From the NCBI GenBank assembly GCA_038207335.1, contig JBBQZX010000002.1:96001-160000 (forward strand): a stretch of DNA of 64,000 nt. The letters are read 5' to 3'. The position numbers and the translations under genes are program-made. The notes beneath the pieces were generated by a model. That model saw only the letters and a program-made list of their open reading frames with translations, was not told the origin of the DNA and did not search any database. How positions within the stretch are numbered: the first letter of the stretch is position 1; every line of letters begins with the position of its first letter. The DNA comes from Chthoniobacterales bacterium (GTDB taxonomy: Bacteria; Verrucomicrobiota; Verrucomicrobiia; Chthoniobacterales; Chthoniobacteraceae). Positions 59,569 through 64,000 of the stretch are shown piece by piece.

Positions 59569-59603
59569 AACGTCGGACATCCAACGCCGAACGTCGAATG
59601 CCG
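59569..59603. repeat. Heptamer tandem repeat (AACGYCS-type, 5 units)
   Basis: AACGTCG GACATCC AACGCCG AACGTCG AATGCCG in the trhO/valS divergent gap. Confidence 0.65.
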
Positions 59604-59669
59604 AAGCGCGGCGCAGTGCATTCCGCTTTGCCAAATGAGCGGCGGTCGCCGACATTCCGCGCCCTTTTT

Positions 59670-62567
59670 ATGGCCGAAATCCCAAAGACCTACGAGCCCA
59701 CCGCCATCGAGGAAAAGTGGTACGCGCAGTGGCTTGCCGACGGTGAGTTCACCGCCCATCCCAACTCGCAGAAGCCCGCGTATTCCATCGTCATCCCACC
59801 GCCGAATGTCACCGGCGTCCTCACGCTCGGCCACGTCCTGAACAACACGATCCAGGACATCCTCGCCCGCCGCGCGCGCATGCTCGGCAAGGAAGTGCTC
59901 TGGCTGCCCGGCACCGATCACGCGGGCATCGCCACGCAGACTGTCGTCGAGCGGACGCTCAAAAAAAGCGGCGCGATCCGGCACCGCGACGACCTCGGAC
60001 GCGATGCATTTTTGGAGAAAGTCTGGGAGTGGAAAGAGAAGCACGGCGGCATCATCATCCAGCAACTCAAGAAGCTCGGCTGCTCCTGCGACTGGTCGCG
60101 CGAGCGCTTCACGATGGACGCCGCCTACTCCGCGTGCGTGTCGCGCGTCTTCGTCGATCTTTACAAAAAGGGCCTCATCTACCGCGGCAAGCGCATGGTG
60201 AATTGGTGCCCTGCCTCGCTCACCGCACTGAGCGACGAAGAGGTCATCATGAAGCCGCAGAACGGCACGATGTATCACTTCAAAATCGCCGTCGCGGAGG
60301 AACCGCTCACCTTCCTCACCGTCGCCACCACGCGCCCCGAGACCATCCCCGGCGACACCGCGATCGCCGTGAATCCCAGCGACCCGCGATACGCGCGCTT
60401 CATCGGGAAGCACGCCATCCGCCCGCTGCCGCTGCACCTTTTCGGCGAGCAAAAACTCATCCCGATCATCGGCGACACAGCGGTCGATTTCGAGTTCGGT
60501 ACCGGCGTTTTGAAAGTCACGCCAGCGCACGACAAGGCCGACTTCGAGATCGGCCAGCGGCATCGCCTGCCGGTCATCGACGTGATGAATTCCAACGGCA
60601 CGATGAACGCGCACGCCGGAGAATCGCTCGCCGGGCTCGATCGCTTCGAGGCGCGGAAAGTCGCCGTGGAGCATCTCCGCGAGCTCGGCTTTTTGGTGAA
60701 AGAAGAGCCGTATCAAAACAACGTCGGCTATTCCGAGCGCGCCGACGTGCCCGTCGAGCCGCGCCTCAGCGAGCAGTGGTTTTTGAAATATCCCAGCGTC
60801 AAGCAAGCCCGCGCCGTCGTGGCCGATGGCACGATGAAATTTCATCCCGAGCGGTGGGCCAAGGTCTATGACCATTGGCTCGGCGGCATTCAGGACTGGT
60901 GCATCTCGCGGCAGCTTTGGTGGGGGCACCGCATCCCCGTGTGGTATCGGCGCGAGAAGCTGGACGCCGCCATCGAGGCATCCGTTGCGGATGAAATGCT
61001 CGAAACCGCGCTCGATGCCGGCGAAGCCGATCTCGCGATCCCGCGGCAGGAGTTAAGTGTGAAAATTCACGGGCCAGTTGTGCCGCTCGGGGTTCAGGAT
61101 GCGGGCGGCGAAAGCGTCGCGCAGACATCGACCGCCGACATTCATGTCGGTGTTGAGCCGCCGGAGGATGTGGAGAATTGGACCCAAGACCCCGACGTTC
61201 TTGACACTTGGTTCAGCTCGTGGCTCTGGCCTTTCGCCACGATGGGATGGCCCGAAAAGACGCAGACGCTCGCGAGATTCTACCCGACCACCGACCTCGT
61301 GACCGGGCCGGACATCATCTTCTTTTGGGTCGCGCGGATGATCATGGCCGGCTTCGAGTGGACTGGTGAGCCGCCGTTCAAGAACGTCTATTTCACCGGA
61401 ATCATCCGCGACAAACAGGGTCGCAAAATGTCGAAGTCACTCGGGAATTCGCCCGACCCGCTCGACCTCATCGCGGGCTTCGGAGCGGATGCGCTGCGCT
61501 TCGGTGTGATGAGGAGCGCTCCGCTCGGCGTGGATATTTTGTTCGATGAAAAGAACGTCGAGCTGGGCCGGAATTTCTGCACAAAGCTCTGGAACGCCAC
61601 GCGTTTCCGCCAGATGCACGGCGGCGAAACCGAGGCCGAGATCGACCCCGCGCTGCTCACATCCGACGACCGCTGGATTCTCCTCCGCCTCGACGGCGCG
61701 ATCCGCGAAGTCACTCTCGCGCTCGAAGAATACCGTTTCAGCGACGCCGCGAATGCCCTCTACCGCTTCTTCTGGGGCGAGTTCTGCGACTGGTACCTGG
61801 AGGCGGCCAAAGCCGCGCTGGGGAATTTGGGAAGTAAAGAGGACGCGTCCGAAAGCGCCGTCGAACTTCCTAAAATCCACGTGCTCAATCCCGCTTCCGC
61901 GAACACCCTCGCCGTCATCGACTTCACCCTCGCGCATACGCTGCGGCTCATGCACCCGTTCATGCCGTTCATCACCGAGGAGTTGTGGCACGCACTCGGA
62001 TTCCACGACGACATGCCCGCCGACCAGGGCGGACGCACCATCATGTTTGCGCACTGGCCCGCGCCGTTCGACGACGACTTCAAGATCCACTACGGCCTCA
62101 CGCCCGAAGCCGACGCAGCGGCTCTCGCAAAGCACGACACGGTCACGCTCGGCCGCGGCCTGCGTCGCGACTCGGGCATCGCCGCGAACAAACGCGTCCG
62201 CTTCGTCCTCAAGCCCGCCGCCGAACTCCCCGCGCACGACGCCGCCGTCCTGAAAATCCTGCTCCACGCCGAGACGCTCGACCTCGATCCCAACTACCTC
62301 CCGCCGCGCGCGACGCCCGTCGCGCTCGCCCCGCTAGGCGAACTCTTCCTCCCGCTGGAGGGCCTCATCGACGTCGAAGCCGAGCGCGAGCGGATCGGCA
62401 AAGAGATCGCCAAAGTCGAGCAGGAGCTCACGAAGGTGCGCGCAAAACTCGGCAGCGAAACATTCGTGAGCGGCGCGCCCGCGAAGGTCGTAGAAGAGCA
62501 TCGCAAGCGCGAAATCGACTGGCAGGAAAGGCTTTCCCAGCTCCAGCGCATCAGCGCAGACCTGTAG
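59670..62567 (+). CDS. valS: Valine--tRNA ligase
   Basis: PPPNVTG.LTLGH, TTRPET, DWCISRQLWWGHRIP, DVLDTWFSS, KMSKS, C-terminal coiled coil. Confidence 0.97.
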   Translation: MAEIPKTYEPTAIEEKWYAQWLADGEFTAHPNSQKPAYSIVIPPPNVTGVLTLGHVLNNTIQDILARRARMLGKEVLWLPGTDHAGIATQTVVERTLKKSGAIRHRDDLGRDAFLEKVWEWKEKHGGIIIQQLKKLGCSCDWSRERFTMDAAYSACVSRVFVDLYKKGLIYRGKRMVNWCPASLTALSDEEVIMKPQNGTMYHFKIAVAEEPLTFLTVATTRPETIPGDTAIAVNPSDPRYARFIGKHAIRPLPLHLFGEQKLIPIIGDTAVDFEFGTGVLKVTPAHDKADFEIGQRHRLPVIDVMNSNGTMNAHAGESLAGLDRFEARKVAVEHLRELGFLVKEEPYQNNVGYSERADVPVEPRLSEQWFLKYPSVKQARAVVADGTMKFHPERWAKVYDHWLGGIQDWCISRQLWWGHRIPVWYRREKLDAAIEASVADEMLETALDAGEADLAIPRQELSVKIHGPVVPLGVQDAGGESVAQTSTADIHVGVEPPEDVENWTQDPDVLDTWFSSWLWPFATMGWPEKTQTLARFYPTTDLVTGPDIIFFWVARMIMAGFEWTGEPPFKNVYFTGIIRDKQGRKMSKSLGNSPDPLDLIAGFGADALRFGVMRSAPLGVDILFDEKNVELGRNFCTKLWNATRFRQMHGGETEAEIDPALLTSDDRWILLRLDGAIREVTLALEEYRFSDAANALYRFFWGEFCDWYLEAAKAALGNLGSKEDASESAVELPKIHVLNPASANTLAVIDFTLAHTLRLMHPFMPFITEELWHALGFHDDMPADQGGRTIMFAHWPAPFDDDFKIHYGLTPEADAAALAKHDTVTLGRGLRRDSGIAANKRVRFVLKPAAELPAHDAAVLKILLHAETLDLDPNYLPPRATPVALAPLGELFLPLEGLIDVEAERERIGKEIAKVEQELTKVRAKLGSETFVSGAPAKVVEEHRKREIDWQERLSQLQRISADL

Positions 62568-62608
62568 CCGGGATCGCCGATCCTTGCAGCCCTGCGATCC
62601 ACACCCGT

Positions 62609-62638
62609 TTGACACCGCCCAGCCCAGCAGGATAGTCG
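62609..62638 (+). promoter_or_regulatory. Putative promoter, possibly leaderless
   Basis: TTGACA-N18-TAGTCG-N6-GTG. Confidence 0.45.
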
Positions 62639-62644
62639 CCGCCT

Positions 62645-63709
62645 GTGATCCGACCACTCTTCGCGCTGACCCTCAGCGCGCTGCTTTCTACTGCCGGAGC
62701 ACAGACGACCACCCCGCCGCCTCCCGTACGCTCCACCGTCTATTTCGCGCAAAACCCGGACGCGATTTCGCGCTATGAAGAGCGCCCGGAAATCACTCGC
62801 CGCATGGTCGATGACCTCGTCATCGCAACGACCGGCCAGCGCGACATCGCAGCCGCCTGGCGCTCGCTCGTGAGCCCGAAAGATCAAGTCGGCATCAAGG
62901 TTTCCGCGTCCGGCGGCCTCTATTTTTCCACTCACCGAGGCATCGCCGAGGCGGTCGTCGCCGGCCTCGAAAAAGCCGGCGTTTCACGCTCCCAAATCAT
63001 CGTCTGGGATCGCGATGCCGAGTCGCTGCAAGAGGCCGGCTTCCACACCACGCGCGGAGGCGTCGCGGTGCGCGGAATCACTCCCGCATCCGGCTACGAT
63101 CGCGCGGCGGAAGTGATCGCGCCGGTGCTTGGGCGCTTGATCTGGGGCGACCTCCTCTTTTCAGAAAAGCAGATCAAGCCGCTTGGCCAACGTCTGTCCG
63201 AATCCTCGCAACTAAGCTCCACAAGCCACATCGCCACCATCCTCAGCCGCGGCGTCACGAAAGTGGTCAACCTCCCCATCCTCAGCAACGAACCCGGCTG
63301 TGGAGTCGCCGGCGCGATCTACAACATGACCGTGCCAAATCTCGACAACTGGCGCCGCTTCACCTCGCCCGGCGACGCCTCCGCCAGCGATGCGCTCGGC
63401 GACATCTATGCCGACCCGCGCATCGGCGGAAAAATTGTCCTCACGATCATGGACGGCCTCATCGCCCAATACGCCGGCGGTCCGTCCGGCAATCCGAATT
63501 ACGCCTTCGCGCACGAGACAATTTACGCGAGCAAAGACCCCATCGCGCTCGATGCCACGGCCCTCCGCAGCCTCGAGGCGTGGCGGCGCGAAGCTCATCT
63601 GCCGCCGATCGGCCGACGGGCCGATTGGCTCCCAGCCGCCGCCGATTCCGGGCTTGGGCGCTTCGCTGAAAATCAGATCGATTTGAAACCCGTGGGTTCC
63701 GCTCGATGA
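62645..63709 (+). CDS. Secreted DUF362-like protein
   Basis: Signal peptide; D.VGIKV, IIVWDR, KVVNLPIL, IMDGL, SKDPIALD. Confidence 0.75.
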   Translation: MIRPLFALTLSALLSTAGAQTTTPPPPVRSTVYFAQNPDAISRYEERPEITRRMVDDLVIATTGQRDIAAAWRSLVSPKDQVGIKVSASGGLYFSTHRGIAEAVVAGLEKAGVSRSQIIVWDRDAESLQEAGFHTTRGGVAVRGITPASGYDRAAEVIAPVLGRLIWGDLLFSEKQIKPLGQRLSESSQLSSTSHIATILSRGVTKVVNLPILSNEPGCGVAGAIYNMTVPNLDNWRRFTSPGDASASDALGDIYADPRIGGKIVLTIMDGLIAQYAGGPSGNPNYAFAHETIYASKDPIALDATALRSLEAWRREAHLPPIGRRADWLPAAADSGLGRFAENQIDLKPVGSAR

Positions 63710-64000
63710 CGACCGCCGACCTCGCCGGGCCGCTTCTCGCATCGGTCTCGCGCTCCTTCTATCTCACAATCCGCATCCTGCCCGCCGCGCTGCGCGCACC
63801 CATCGGATTGGCTTACTTGCTCGCTCGCGCGTCTGACACCATCGCCGACACCGCCGATGCGAGCGCCGAAATCCGGCTGCGGCACCTCGCAAACTTCGGC
63901 GAAATGATCGCCACCTCCAGCCGCGAAGATCTCACGGATTTGCAACGCGAAATCTGTCCCGCCGATGCAGGGGAAATGGAGCTGATCGCAAAACTAGACC
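63706..64000 (+). CDS. Squalene/phytoene synthase family protein, 5' part
   Basis: Manual translation MTTADLAGPLLASVSRSFYLTIRILP...AYLLARASDTIAD; ATGA overlap with the upstream gene. Confidence 0.85.
   Translation, partial: MTTADLAGPLLASVSRSFYLTIRILPAALRAPIGLAYLLARASDTIADTADASAEIRLRHLANFGEMIATSSREDLTDLQREICPADAGEMELIAKLD

Noticed and set aside
58662..60929. 755-aa ORF suggesting a large TrhO fusion
   Set aside because: The upstream ~460 aa is the antisense shadow of valS; TrhO homology starts at 59552

Overview
GC-rich bacterial chromosomal window. It is most likely from Verrucomicrobiota (Chthoniobacter-like), because it combines a Verru_Chthon cassette, PEP-CTERM proteins with autotransporter beta-strand repeats, and LEPR-XLL-type leaders. 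Housekeeping genes (purU, moeB, cysS, valS, trhO, two DnaJ/CbpA paralogues, ABC permeases, an L,D-transpeptidase) are interleaved with a large cell-surface repertoire. That repertoire includes three giant PEP-CTERM proteins, two of which are inverted paralogues sharing the N-terminal half and upstream motifs, while the third carries three copies of an unrecognised ~170-aa module. It also includes a three-gene cyclophilin/LEPR-XLL locus and a low-GC pilin-like Verru_Chthon cassette in B-C-A order with no D. Other features are a collapsed 1.2-kb pseudogene patch, an orphan DNA methyltransferase, small structured or heptamer repeats, and kilobase-scale G/C-skew patches that ignore gene orientation. 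I saw no rRNA, tRNA, CRISPR array, transposase, integrase or reverse transcriptase. The best candidate for an undescribed system is the cyclophilin-LEPR-XLL locus (7404-15988). All calls come from motif reading only; no searches were run.
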